Source of the DNA: Candidatus Uhrbacteria bacterium
GTDB lineage: Bacteria > Patescibacteriota > Patescibacteriia > SG8-24
Reading direction: 5' to 3'
Length of the DNA stretch: 64,000 nt
NCBI GenBank assembly: GCA_016929435.1
Contig: JAFGIV010000006.1
Coordinates: 8,071-72,070, forward strand
The position numbers were made by a program, and so were the translations under genes. Shown piece after piece: positions 43,173 to 51,639 of the stretch. How positions within the stretch are numbered: position 1 is the stretch's first letter; every line of letters begins with the position of its first letter. A model generated the notes under the pieces. The model was not told where the DNA came from. It worked only from the letters and a program-made list of their open reading frames with translations, and did not search any database.

Positions 43173-43272
43173 TAAGCGGCACGCCCGGTGGGGGTGCCAT
43201 GGCCCCCGTAGGGGGATTTAGGGGAAGGGGATTCCGGAACGAAAAAGACCCGATCTCTCGGGTCTTTTTGGA
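43139..43272 (+). repeat. Intergenic repeat R3 (inverted alpha core = right IR, then alpha-tail + beta terminator module)
   Basis: cttaagcccctgaagggggtttgggggccaagac ... gggggatttaggggaaggggattccggaacgaaaaagacccgatctctcgggtctttttgg. The hairpin acccga-tctc-tcgggt plus T-run acts as a bidirectional terminator. Confidence 0.7.
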
Positions 43273-43283
43273 AAGGGAAGAAT

Positions 43284-43580
43284 TTATTCCCTCCCCAGCT
43301 CTCTCTCGATGCGTGCATAGAGTTCGGGGTATAATCTTTTTCTTTCCGTGTACCATCCCCCGAATTCTTCAACGGTCATCGATTTAACTTCCATGGCGTC
43401 TCGTTTCAACTTTCGGAGCTCCCTAAGCTCCTTTAGTTTGTAGTGTCTCCTTTTAGGACGTTTCAGGCGGTTTCGAGGGTTTTTCTTCCCCGATATCCCC
43501 CCTTTTTTCTTGATCGAAACGGTCATGGCCAGGATGACCACGATCGCCATTATCACGATCGCCATTATCAGATAGACCAT
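43284..43580 (-). CDS. Small N-terminally TM-anchored basic protein (hypothetical)
   Basis: MVYLIMAIVIMAIVVILAMTV followed by a Lys/Arg-rich segment. Internal 15-nt DNA direct repeat (atggcgatcgtg...). Moderate GC. Confidence 0.4.
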   Translation of the reverse strand: MVYLIMAIVIMAIVVILAMTVSIKKKGGISGKKNPRNRLKRPKRRHYKLKELRELRKLKRDAMEVKSMTVEEFGGWYTERKRLYPELYARIERELGRE

Positions 43581-43698
43581 TTTTTCTCCTTTCTTTTCCT
43601 GTTTGGTTTTCGACTGTTTTTCCTGAGAGACTTAATCAGATATTAGTATTCTTGTCAACCTTTGACACCGTTCCTCGCTTGGGTTAAGGTTTCACCTT

Positions 43699-44697
43699 AT
43701 GGAAATTTCCCATTGTTACAGGCGGGCCTTTCGGGCCATGGGCCGGGCCAAACGGCTCCTGGCCGTCTGTCACCGCCGTCCGGACGGCGATGCCTTGGGG
43801 TCCACGGCCGCCGTGCTCCTCTGGTGCCGTCGGCAGGGGATAGCGGCCAAGGCCTTTTGCCTTGATCCCATACCACCGAGCTTCGGTTTCCTTCCGGAAT
43901 CCGAGCGGTTTACGTCCGATCCCGCCGTTTTCGGAGAGGGATGGGATACGGTGGTTGTCCTGGACTGCGGCGACCTCCAGCGGATCGGACATCCGGGGGT
44001 GGCCGGCGGCTTCCCGTCCGTCGGCCCGCACCAGCCACCGACCGTCATTGCCGTTGACCACCACTGCACCAACGACGGCCGTTATGCCGACGTATCCGTC
44101 ATTGATCCGCAGGCCTCCTCCACCGCTGAACTTGTCCTGGGCATGTTCCGAGAGAACGGCGTGACCGTTGATTGCGATTTGGCCACCTGCCTCCTGGCTG
44201 GGGTTGCCGGGGACACCGACATGCTGACCAATCCCGCCGCCTGCCGTTCGGCCTTCCGGATGGCTTCCGAGCTCCTGTCCGAGGGGGCTGATTGGCGTTC
44301 GGCGATCGGCCTTTTCGTGCGGAACCGGTCGATTCCCTCCCTGCGTCTCGTGGGCCGGGCCATGGCCCGGCTGAAGGTCGATCCCCAGACCGGGGTGGCC
44401 TCAACGGCCGTATTTCGGTCCGACTGCCCGGATGGGAGTGATTTCCTGGCGGACGGCCTGGTTGACGCCATCGGAGGCGCCATGGATGCGGAGGTGATCC
44501 TGGTGCTGAAGGAAAGGGCGGACGGGACGGTTTCCGGCAGCTTCCGGACGGTCGGGGAGGCGGATACCGCATCCGTGGCCCAGAGGCTGGGGGGAGGCGG
44601 ACACCGGAAAGCCTCCGGTTTCACCGTCACCGGCCGGATCGTGGAAAGGGAACACGGCTGGACGGTGGAGAGGGAAGTTGCCCCCCAGGATCATTGA
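43699..44697 (+). CDS. nrnA: DHH/DHHA1 phosphoesterase NrnA (oligoribonuclease / pAp phosphatase)
   Basis: HRRPDGDALGS, VVLDCGD, VDHHCTN (DHH), GGGHRKASG (DHHA1 GGGH). Alternative start at 43738. Confidence 0.85.
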   Translation: MEISHCYRRAFRAMGRAKRLLAVCHRRPDGDALGSTAAVLLWCRRQGIAAKAFCLDPIPPSFGFLPESERFTSDPAVFGEGWDTVVVLDCGDLQRIGHPGVAGGFPSVGPHQPPTVIAVDHHCTNDGRYADVSVIDPQASSTAELVLGMFRENGVTVDCDLATCLLAGVAGDTDMLTNPAACRSAFRMASELLSEGADWRSAIGLFVRNRSIPSLRLVGRAMARLKVDPQTGVASTAVFRSDCPDGSDFLADGLVDAIGGAMDAEVILVLKERADGTVSGSFRTVGEADTASVAQRLGGGGHRKASGFTVTGRIVEREHGWTVEREVAPQDH

Positions 44698-44790
44698 TCT
44701 CCGGGATCGTTTGACATCCCGGAGATCGGGCGTTCCGTTTGCCCCTTCGCCGCTGGCTTGGTATCATTTCAGCGAAACTAACCGGATAGT

Positions 44791-45396
44791 ATGACCAACC
44801 CATTTACCGTCAGTTCGCAGGTTCTTATCCCGACCGTGATCGAGAAATCCCAGTACGGCGAGCGGGCCTATGACATCTACTCCCGCCTGCTCAAGGACCG
44901 GATCGTATTTTTGGGGGACGGGATCGACGAGCATGTGGCCAACATCATCGTTGCCCAACTCCTGTTCCTGGAGAGCCAGGACAAGACCAAGGACATCAAG
45001 CTTTACATCAACAGCCCGGGCGGGTCCGTGACCGCCGGATTGGCGATCCTGGACACCATGAACTACATCAAGCCGGACGTGGCCACCATCTGCATCGGCA
45101 TGGCAGCCTCCATGGGGGCGGTGCTCCTGGCGGCCGGAGCCAAGGGCAAGCGGTTCGCCCTGCCGAACGCCGAGGTGATGATTCACCAGGTGATGGGCGG
45201 GGCAGAGGGCCAGGCCACGGACATCAAGATCCGGGCCGAAAGGATACTGAAGATGAAGGACAAGCTCAACCAGATCCTGGCCGACTGCACCGGACAGACC
45301 TTCGAGAAGGTGGAGAAGGACAGCGACCGGGACAACTTCATGACCGCCGATGAGGCCAGGAAATACGGCCTGATAGACAAGATCATCAGGAAATAG
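44791..45396 (+). CDS. clpP: ATP-dependent Clp protease proteolytic subunit
   Basis: [37 protein letters not shown], catalytic [22 protein letters not shown]. Confidence 0.95.
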   Translation: MTNPFTVSSQVLIPTVIEKSQYGERAYDIYSRLLKDRIVFLGDGIDEHVANIIVAQLLFLESQDKTKDIKLYINSPGGSVTAGLAILDTMNYIKPDVATICIGMAASMGAVLLAAGAKGKRFALPNAEVMIHQVMGGAEGQATDIKIRAERILKMKDKLNQILADCTGQTFEKVEKDSDRDNFMTADEARKYGLIDKIIRK

Positions 45397-45402
45397 GCCG
45401 AC

Positions 45403-45438
45403 AAAAAAAACAGCCAGCCGCCGGTGCGGCTGTTTTTT
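45403..45438. terminator. Bidirectional terminator
   Basis: A8-cagccagccgc-cggt-gcggctg-T6. Confidence 0.75.
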
Positions 45439-45450
45439 GTCATCCGACCC

Positions 45451-45479
45451 TTGACATTCCGTCCCAAAAATGATATAAA
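45451..45479 (+). promoter_or_regulatory. Sigma70-like promoter (TTGACA-17-TATAAA)
   Basis: Near-consensus boxes. 5' UTR contains hairpin ccttaat-cgtgc-attaagg. Confidence 0.6.
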
Positions 45480-45529
45480 TACCCCTTAATCGTGCATTAA
45501 GGCCAGAATACGATTCTAATTACGGAATT

Positions 45530-47287
45530 ATGACTAAATACAGCAAAAAAAGCGTTAAGGTTGCCGCTGTCGGGATGATGTTCGTCGGTTTTTGGGCGTT
45601 CGTCGCTCCGGTCTTGGCTGCGGTCCCGTCCGGGATCGTACCGTCCCAGTCCGTCATCGAGGATTGGGCAGTGACTGACCTGACCTTCGAGACCCCGGTT
45701 CGCCAGGTCGAGTCCTTTAAGGTCGACCGTGATTTCGTCGCCTGGACGGAGATCGACCCTGAAGACCAGATCCGGCGCCTGTTTTCCTTTGACAGCGGTT
45801 CCGTCCGCCTTTTGGCCGAGATGCCGCGTCAGGAATGGGATCAGGATTACGGCAACGGGTTCTTTGATTCCGTTGAGGGCAACTACGACGTGGCCGACGG
45901 CCGGGTCGTCTGGTCCGCCTCGGACGGCACGGATCGGGAAATCTGGTCCTATAACGGTTTCGACATCGTCAGGGTCAGCGACAACACCTATGACGATAAC
46001 CACCCCGTCACTTCCGGGGGGCGGGTGGCCTGGACCTCGTATCCCGGATCCGGATACAACCTGATGGTCAGCGACCGGAGGGGTACCCGTCGGATTGACG
46101 GTTGGCATGTCAAGAATTACGCCTTCGCCGGCCCGAACCTGTATTGGCTGAATCGCCTCCCGGAGGAGGATTGGTTCCGGGTGTTCCGGGAGAACGGTCA
46201 GGACGTCAAGGCCGTCGGAAAGGGGGATGACCGGGCCATCGTGAACTATTTCTGGACCGACAGGCAGGGAACGGCCGCCTGGGAATATTCCACCAAACAG
46301 TGGGGCTACGACAAGAGGGAAACCTTCATTTCCCATCGCGGGGCCGCCCCGGCCCTTAGGGTCATCCAGCGGGACGTTCCGCCGAACATCACCCGGATCG
46401 AGGATATCGCCGACCGGTCGGTCATCCTGAACGTAACCAACCTGCTCCAGTCCGATGCCTGGGATAGGGTCCAGCTGATTTCCGTCAATGGCCAGGAAAG
46501 GTATCTTGACCGCTATGTTGCCGTCACCAAGGTCCGCTACTTCGGAAACGGGCTTCTGGTCCGCCATGCGGTCCCGGATACCTCCAGCGCCCTGATTATC
46601 GGCAACGGCATGGACAGCACGGATTTTATCCTGAACGAGCACGTCATCCACGACCGGTTTGAGGCCGCTGACGGCCTGGTGGCCGGGGCCCTGCTGAAGG
46701 GCGGACTGTTGGTCCGCACCGACGATGGGACTTCCGTGATACCGACCGGCGGTCAGGTCAGTCGCCTGGCCATCGGTCAGGGGTGCGTGGCTTGGGTTGA
46801 GGGGGAAGAAGGAAACGGCCGTCTCCGTTCCGCCTGCCCGACCGTGGCGGTTCGGGGATCCAACGGCCAGGTGTCGCGGGTATCCGGACGCCTGGTGAAG
46901 GAAGCCGGAAACCCCGACGTATATCTCTTCGGTATCGACGGGCAACGCTACCGTTTCCCGAGCGAAACCCAGTTTTGGGGGTGGTATCGGGACTTCTCTT
47001 CCGTCCGTACCGTTTCGTCGGCCGAGATGCGGCGGGTCAACCTGGCCGGCAGTGTCCTGATCCGCCCGAATTACCGACCGGTAATGGTTTCCGGCGACCC
47101 CAAGGTATATGGCGTTACCGGTGACGGGGAATTGCGGTGGATCACCTCCGGTGACGTGATGGATGAGCTTTACGGTCAGGGGTGGGAAGGCCGGGTGGCG
47201 ACCATTCCCGTCCGGGACCTTCTGGACTACCATATCGGCGCTCCGATAAGCAGTGCTGCCGGCGGCCGGATGGCCCTAGCCTTCTGA
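45530..47287 (+). CDS. Secreted repeat (beta-propeller-like) protein with C-terminal domain shared with CDS 12770..14032
   Basis: Signal peptide/TM MMFVGFWAFVAPVLAAVPS. Repeated GRVVWSASDGTDREIW / GRVAWTSYPGSGYN blades. C-terminus GNPDVYLFGIDGQRYRFPSETQFWGWYRDFSSVRTVS...GDPKVYGVTGDGELRWI homologous to the 12770..14032 protein. Confidence 0.8.
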   Translation: MTKYSKKSVKVAAVGMMFVGFWAFVAPVLAAVPSGIVPSQSVIEDWAVTDLTFETPVRQVESFKVDRDFVAWTEIDPEDQIRRLFSFDSGSVRLLAEMPRQEWDQDYGNGFFDSVEGNYDVADGRVVWSASDGTDREIWSYNGFDIVRVSDNTYDDNHPVTSGGRVAWTSYPGSGYNLMVSDRRGTRRIDGWHVKNYAFAGPNLYWLNRLPEEDWFRVFRENGQDVKAVGKGDDRAIVNYFWTDRQGTAAWEYSTKQWGYDKRETFISHRGAAPALRVIQRDVPPNITRIEDIADRSVILNVTNLLQSDAWDRVQLISVNGQERYLDRYVAVTKVRYFGNGLLVRHAVPDTSSALIIGNGMDSTDFILNEHVIHDRFEAADGLVAGALLKGGLLVRTDDGTSVIPTGGQVSRLAIGQGCVAWVEGEEGNGRLRSACPTVAVRGSNGQVSRVSGRLVKEAGNPDVYLFGIDGQRYRFPSETQFWGWYRDFSSVRTVSSAEMRRVNLAGSVLIRPNYRPVMVSGDPKVYGVTGDGELRWITSGDVMDELYGQGWEGRVATIPVRDLLDYHIGAPISSAAGGRMALAF

Positions 47288-47307
47288 CGCAGGCAAACCG
47301 AACGACA

Positions 47308-47348
47308 GAAAGAAACACCCCACCGAGAGATGGGGTGTTTCTTTTTGC
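47308..47348. terminator. Bidirectional terminator
   Basis: agaaacacccca-ccgagaga-tggggtgtttct followed by ttttt. Confidence 0.8.
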
Positions 47349-47358
47349 GTTGCCCCTC

Positions 47359-47850
47359 CTATTTCCTCTTCGGGGCCTTTCTTGCGGTTTTTTTCTGGAC
47401 CGTTCCCTTGGGGGCGGTTTCCTTCAGCTTGCGCTTGCTGGTTCGGGTGTAGTACAGCTTGGCGCGACGGGTCTTCAGTTCCTTGACCAGTTCGATCTTG
47501 GCGATGGCCGGCATGCGCAGAGGGAATATCCTTTCCACGCCATATCCCTTGGAGACCTTTCGGACAGTGATGGTGGCGCTGTTCCGTTCCCGTCCCTTCT
47601 TGGCGATTATCGTTCCCTCGAACACCTGGATCCGTTCCCGCTCGTCTCCTTTCGGGGTGGTTTCCTTGATCTTAAGGTGTACGCGGATGACCTGTCCGGG
47701 CTTTAGCATGTCCAAATCGTCCTTTTTTACCTCTTCCGTCACCGTTGTCACCGTTTCCTCCGCCGTCTCTTCGGCCGGCGTTTCGGCGATGTCGTTCCCC
47801 TCGGTCTTGACCTCGGTTTCCTCCGCCGTTTTTTGCGTGTCTTCAGCCAT
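47359..47850 (-). CDS. rplS: 50S ribosomal protein L19 (with acidic N-terminal and basic C-terminal extensions)
   Basis: GQVIRVHLKIKE...RIQVFEGTIIAKKGRERNSATITVRKVSKGYGVERIFPLRMPAIAKIELV...RRAKLYYTR matches the L19 core. Confidence 0.9.
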   Translation of the reverse strand: MAEDTQKTAEETEVKTEGNDIAETPAEETAEETVTTVTEEVKKDDLDMLKPGQVIRVHLKIKETTPKGDERERIQVFEGTIIAKKGRERNSATITVRKVSKGYGVERIFPLRMPAIAKIELVKELKTRRAKLYYTRTSKRKLKETAPKGTVQKKTARKAPKRK

Positions 47851-48400
47851 ATTTCTGGAGTTCGTTTAGTATGAATGAAACAACCCCTTCAATAGGGAGG
47901 TCGTCAGTCGGAACGACAATATCATAAACCGATAAATCGTTCAAGTCGATTCCGTAGTTGTCGCGGTAATTTTTCCAGTCGTTTCGGTCCCTCCGGTTTA
48001 CGGATTCCAGGATCTTTTCCGGGTCCCCGCCTTCCCGGTTGGCGATTCTGGAGGCCCTAACCGGCGGGGAAGCGTCTATCCAGATGCGGATTGCCGGGAT
48101 ATCCTGCCTTTTGGTCATCCAGGCGGATACCCGCCCCTGCAGGATGCATCCCTTTGGGCATTGGAGACAGCGGTCCATGACGTCCAGGTCGATTTCCCTG
48201 TCTATTTCCGGGTGGGCCAGGCGATAGTCGCTGAACTTGGTGATGTCCATTCCGGTCTTTTCCGCCTTTTCCCGGAAAACCTTTCCGACATCTATGGTCG
48301 GAATCCCCAGTTTTTTTGCCAGCAGTCCGGCAACCGTGCTTTTTCCCGATCCGGCCGGGCCGGAAATCGTTATGACCATATCGTTTTTCCGCTCTCGCAT
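47843..48400 (-). CDS. cmk: Cytidylate kinase
   Basis: P-loop ITISGPAGSGKSTVAGLLAKKLGI. SD GGAGGG 4 nt upstream of the ATG at 48400. 8-nt overlap with rplS. Confidence 0.85.
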   Translation of the reverse strand: MRERKNDMVITISGPAGSGKSTVAGLLAKKLGIPTIDVGKVFREKAEKTGMDITKFSDYRLAHPEIDREIDLDVMDRCLQCPKGCILQGRVSAWMTKRQDIPAIRIWIDASPPVRASRIANREGGDPEKILESVNRRDRNDWKNYRDNYGIDLNDLSVYDIVVPTDDLPIEGVVSFILNELQKYG

Positions 48401-48401
48401 G

Positions 48402-49325
48402 TTACCCTCCGGTTCGTTTTCCGGCAACCTTTCCCCATTCCGGGGGTTCGCAGGCGAATTCCACCCATTGGTTGTCTTTCGGGTGGCGGAACCCCAGCCT
48501 TTTGGCGTGCAGGCAAAGGCGGGAACTGGGGAGCCCGTTCTGGCGGCCGTATAGCGCGTCTCCGACTATGGGGTGTCCCAGGGATCGCATGTGGACCCGT
48601 ATCTGGTGGGTCCGGCCGGTTTCGGTTCGGACAGTCAGGCGGGTGGCCTTTGGCGGCCGGCCGATCACCTCATAATGGGTGATGGCCGGGCGGTCGGCAT
48701 CGGCCGCCTGGGTATGGGCTGACATCCGGCCGCTGCCCTTGGCCCGCCCTATCGGCAGGTCAACCGTTCCCCGGTCCCCGGACATTTCCCCCTCGACCAG
48801 GGCATCGTATTCCTTAAGGATAGTGTGGTCCTGGAACTGTTTCTTGAGGTGGTCGTAGGCCTTCTGGTTCCGGGCAATCGCCACCAGGCCGGAGGCGTCC
48901 TTGTCCAGGCGCTGCATGATTCCCGGGCGCCATTCGGACTCCCCGACCGTGGCTATTTCCGGGTATCGGGCCACTATGGCGTTGATCAGGGTGAAGTCGT
49001 CGTCGGCCTTGGCCGGGTGCATAAGCATCCCCGGCGGCTTTTCCACCACCAGGATATCGTCATCCTCGTGAATGACGGTAAGCTTCAGGTCAGGACGGGG
49101 GACAAGGGGCGGCAGGACGGTCATGTCGACGATTTCCTTCAGTATCTCGATCCTGTCGCCGGATTCCAGGCGGTGGCTCGATTTGGCCGGCCGGCCGTTT
49201 ATCAGGACCTGCTTTCTGTCCAGGGCATTCTGGACCTGGTTTCGGGCCATGCCGGTCATTTTCGCCAGGTGACTGTCGATTCGGACTCCGGCCGCCTCTT
49301 CCGTGACGGTAAATTCACTCTCCAT
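48402..49325 (-). CDS. RluA-family 23S rRNA pseudouridine synthase (RluD/RluC-like; S4 + PseudoU_synth_2)
   Basis: S4 domain RIDSHLAKM...NGRPAKSSHRLESGDRIE. Catalytic MQRLDKDASGL and GRTHQIRVHM. Start at MESEF (49325). Confidence 0.85.
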   Translation of the reverse strand: MESEFTVTEEAAGVRIDSHLAKMTGMARNQVQNALDRKQVLINGRPAKSSHRLESGDRIEILKEIVDMTVLPPLVPRPDLKLTVIHEDDDILVVEKPPGMLMHPAKADDDFTLINAIVARYPEIATVGESEWRPGIMQRLDKDASGLVAIARNQKAYDHLKKQFQDHTILKEYDALVEGEMSGDRGTVDLPIGRAKGSGRMSAHTQAADADRPAITHYEVIGRPPKATRLTVRTETGRTHQIRVHMRSLGHPIVGDALYGRQNGLPSSRLCLHAKRLGFRHPKDNQWVEFACEPPEWGKVAGKRTGG

Positions 49326-49653
49326 GTTTTTTGGGGTAAGGCACTTAACGGTCGGCCCATAGTATGATACAATTAAATCAGGAGAAATCCCATAAAACCA
49401 AAACAAAAAATATTGTGCCCCCCTACGGGCACCCGTTCTTTCCCCGCTCCTTCCTTTCGATTAAGGCACCGGCCCTCTCTATTTTTAGGCCTGGTGCCTT
49501 TTTTTTGGGTATTGATTAGGACCCTACACTGTCCCGTTTGTTGCCGTGTTTCGGATATGATACATTTTTGTCATAAAATCGGAATGCCGTTGCCCTATTT
49601 CCTTCCGCCTACCGACATATGAATACGAATCCTCCCTCACGGAGAGGGGGTTT

Positions 49654-50211
49654 TTGTGCATTGCCGGTACGGATGAGGCCGGGGCAGGCTGCTGGGCCGG
49701 ACCGGTTTTCGCCGGGGCGGTCATCCTGCGCGGGCCGATCAGGGACCGGCTGGTCAGGGATTCCAAGACCCTGTCCCCGTCCCAGCAGCAGAGGGCGGCG
49801 GAACTGATCCGGCGGGAGGCCCTGGCCTGGGCGGTCGGGTTCGCCGCGGCCGGGGAAATAGACGAGATCAACATAGCCCGGGCCTCTGAATTGGCCATGA
49901 TGCGGGCGATACGAGGACTGTCCCCGGCCCCGGATTTCGTGCTGGCCGATTTTAGGGAACTTGGGGATCTTGGCATACCGAACCTGGGAATCGTCGGCGG
50001 GGACGCCCTATCCGTGTCGATCGCCGCCGCCTCCATCATCGCCAAGACCGAAAGGGACTCCCTCCTGGAGTCCCTGGATCTTCGGTATCCGGGATACGGA
50101 TTTGCCTCCCACAAGGGTTACGGAACCAAGGCCCACGCCGAGGCCCTGCGGCACCTCGGCCCCTGTCCGGAACACCGCTTGAGTTACCGGCCGGTCATGG
50201 CGTGCCGCTAG
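49654..50211 (+). CDS. rnhB: Ribonuclease HII
   Basis: IAGTDEAGAGCWAGPVFAGAVIL, DSKTLS, SIIAKTERD. TTG start with GGAGAGGGGG RBS. Confidence 0.85.
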   Translation: MCIAGTDEAGAGCWAGPVFAGAVILRGPIRDRLVRDSKTLSPSQQQRAAELIRREALAWAVGFAAAGEIDEINIARASELAMMRAIRGLSPAPDFVLADFRELGDLGIPNLGIVGGDALSVSIAAASIIAKTERDSLLESLDLRYPGYGFASHKGYGTKAHAEALRHLGPCPEHRLSYRPVMACR

Positions 50212-50423
50212 TAGCCGGCCGGTCCGGCCGTCCCCCGGTCCGACGGGCCCGGATGGGCATCAGGCCGGCTGTCCGGTCCTTTTGCCTGGGACAGGCCCGC
50301 CGATCGGGCCGCCTCCAGCCTGTCGGTTTGGCGGTCAATACCGGATTGCCCGACGGCCGCATCAATCCACGTGGACAGGAACGCGGCGGCCAGCAGCAGG
50401 CCGGATTTGGCTATCTTTCGCAT
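50208..50423 (-). CDS. Possible small secreted protein (71 aa) translationally coupled to upstream GT4 gene
   Basis: Signal-peptide-like MRKIAKSGLLLAAAFLSTWIDAAVG. The ATG overlaps the GT4 stop. Weak support. Confidence 0.25.
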   Translation of the reverse strand: MRKIAKSGLLLAAAFLSTWIDAAVGQSGIDRQTDRLEAARSAGLSQAKGPDSRPDAHPGPSDRGTAGPAGY

Positions 50424-51541
50424 ATGTCGTTCAGGATCGAATCTATCCTTTCGGCCCCCGTCCCCCAGTCGAACCGTTTGGCGGCGACGATCCCCGAATC
50501 CGAGAGCCTTTCCGAAAGCCCCGTTTCCTCCAGCACCAGCCGCATCGCTTCGGTCAGCTCGTTCAGGTCATGGGGGTCAATCAGCAGTCCGGCCTCCCCG
50601 ACCACCTCACCGAGCGAGGAGGCGAAACTGGCGATGACCGGACAGCCGCAGGCCATCGCCTCCAGCGGCGGCATGCCGAAACCCTCATAGAACGAGGGGT
50701 AGGTCAGGGCAACGGCAGAGGAGTAGAGGGCCGGCTTGTCCGCCTCGTCCACGTAATCAATGAAATGGATCCGGTCCCTGGCCGGCGAGATTGCCGCCTG
50801 TCTCAGGGTTTTTTGCCAGAGCCACCCCCGGCCGCCGGCGATCACCAGGTGGGAATCTGTTTTCAGCCGCCCAAAGGCCTCGATCAGGCCGTCGATGTTC
50901 TTTCTCGGCTCGATCGTCCCCAGAAACAGGAAAAACCGTTCCGGCAGGCCGTATTTTTCCCTTACCGCAGCCCTCTCTTCCGGTTTGGCCGGGCGGAATT
51001 CCGGTCCTACAGCCGGACTGACGATCTCTATCCTTTCCTCCCCGATGCCGTAGGTCTCGATCAGGTCCTCCTTGGTGTGGCGGGATACGGCGATCACCCT
51101 GGCGGCCTGCCGGAAAAGCCGTGCAGGGCTGGCCATGGCGTGCCAGAGGCGCATTTTGGCCGGAAAGAACTCCGGGAAACGGATGAAGGACAGGTCATGC
51201 ACCGTTACCGCATAGGGCCGTCCGGTTGCGGAAAAGTTGATGTTCGGCAGCCAGGCGACATCGAAATTGCCGGCCAGGTCCTCCAGCCGGGGCCTTCCGG
51301 ACAGGCTGACGGCGGCGTTCAGAATGCGGTTGGGGATTTTCGGCCGGCAATACCCGATCCGGCCGTTCCCTTCCGGCAGGTCCCCGGGCAGAACCCCCTT
51401 CCATCCGGGGGCGAAAAGACGATACTGCCGTCCGGGGACTGGGGGACGGTCAAGCAGGGCCATTGTCAGGCGGTAGGCGTATTGCCCGACCCCGGCCCGG
51501 CGCCGGTCCAGCAGGGATCGAATGTCTATCAGGCGGGTCAT
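50411..51541 (-). CDS. Glycosyltransferase family 4
   Basis: GT-B C-terminal domain with EGFGMPPLEAMACGCPVIAS (EX7E). Confidence 0.85.
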   Translation of the reverse strand: MTRLIDIRSLLDRRRAGVGQYAYRLTMALLDRPPVPGRQYRLFAPGWKGVLPGDLPEGNGRIGYCRPKIPNRILNAAVSLSGRPRLEDLAGNFDVAWLPNINFSATGRPYAVTVHDLSFIRFPEFFPAKMRLWHAMASPARLFRQAARVIAVSRHTKEDLIETYGIGEERIEIVSPAVGPEFRPAKPEERAAVREKYGLPERFFLFLGTIEPRKNIDGLIEAFGRLKTDSHLVIAGGRGWLWQKTLRQAAISPARDRIHFIDYVDEADKPALYSSAVALTYPSFYEGFGMPPLEAMACGCPVIASFASSLGEVVGEAGLLIDPHDLNELTEAMRLVLEETGLSERLSDSGIVAAKRFDWGTGAERIDSILNDICER

Positions 51542-51639
51542 GCGGTTTATTCTACCACCTGTCGGCCGGGGACGGAATTTTTCGCCGGACGATTTTTATG
51601 GTATAATTTATTTGAACAAAAACACGGAACGCTGTTCTT

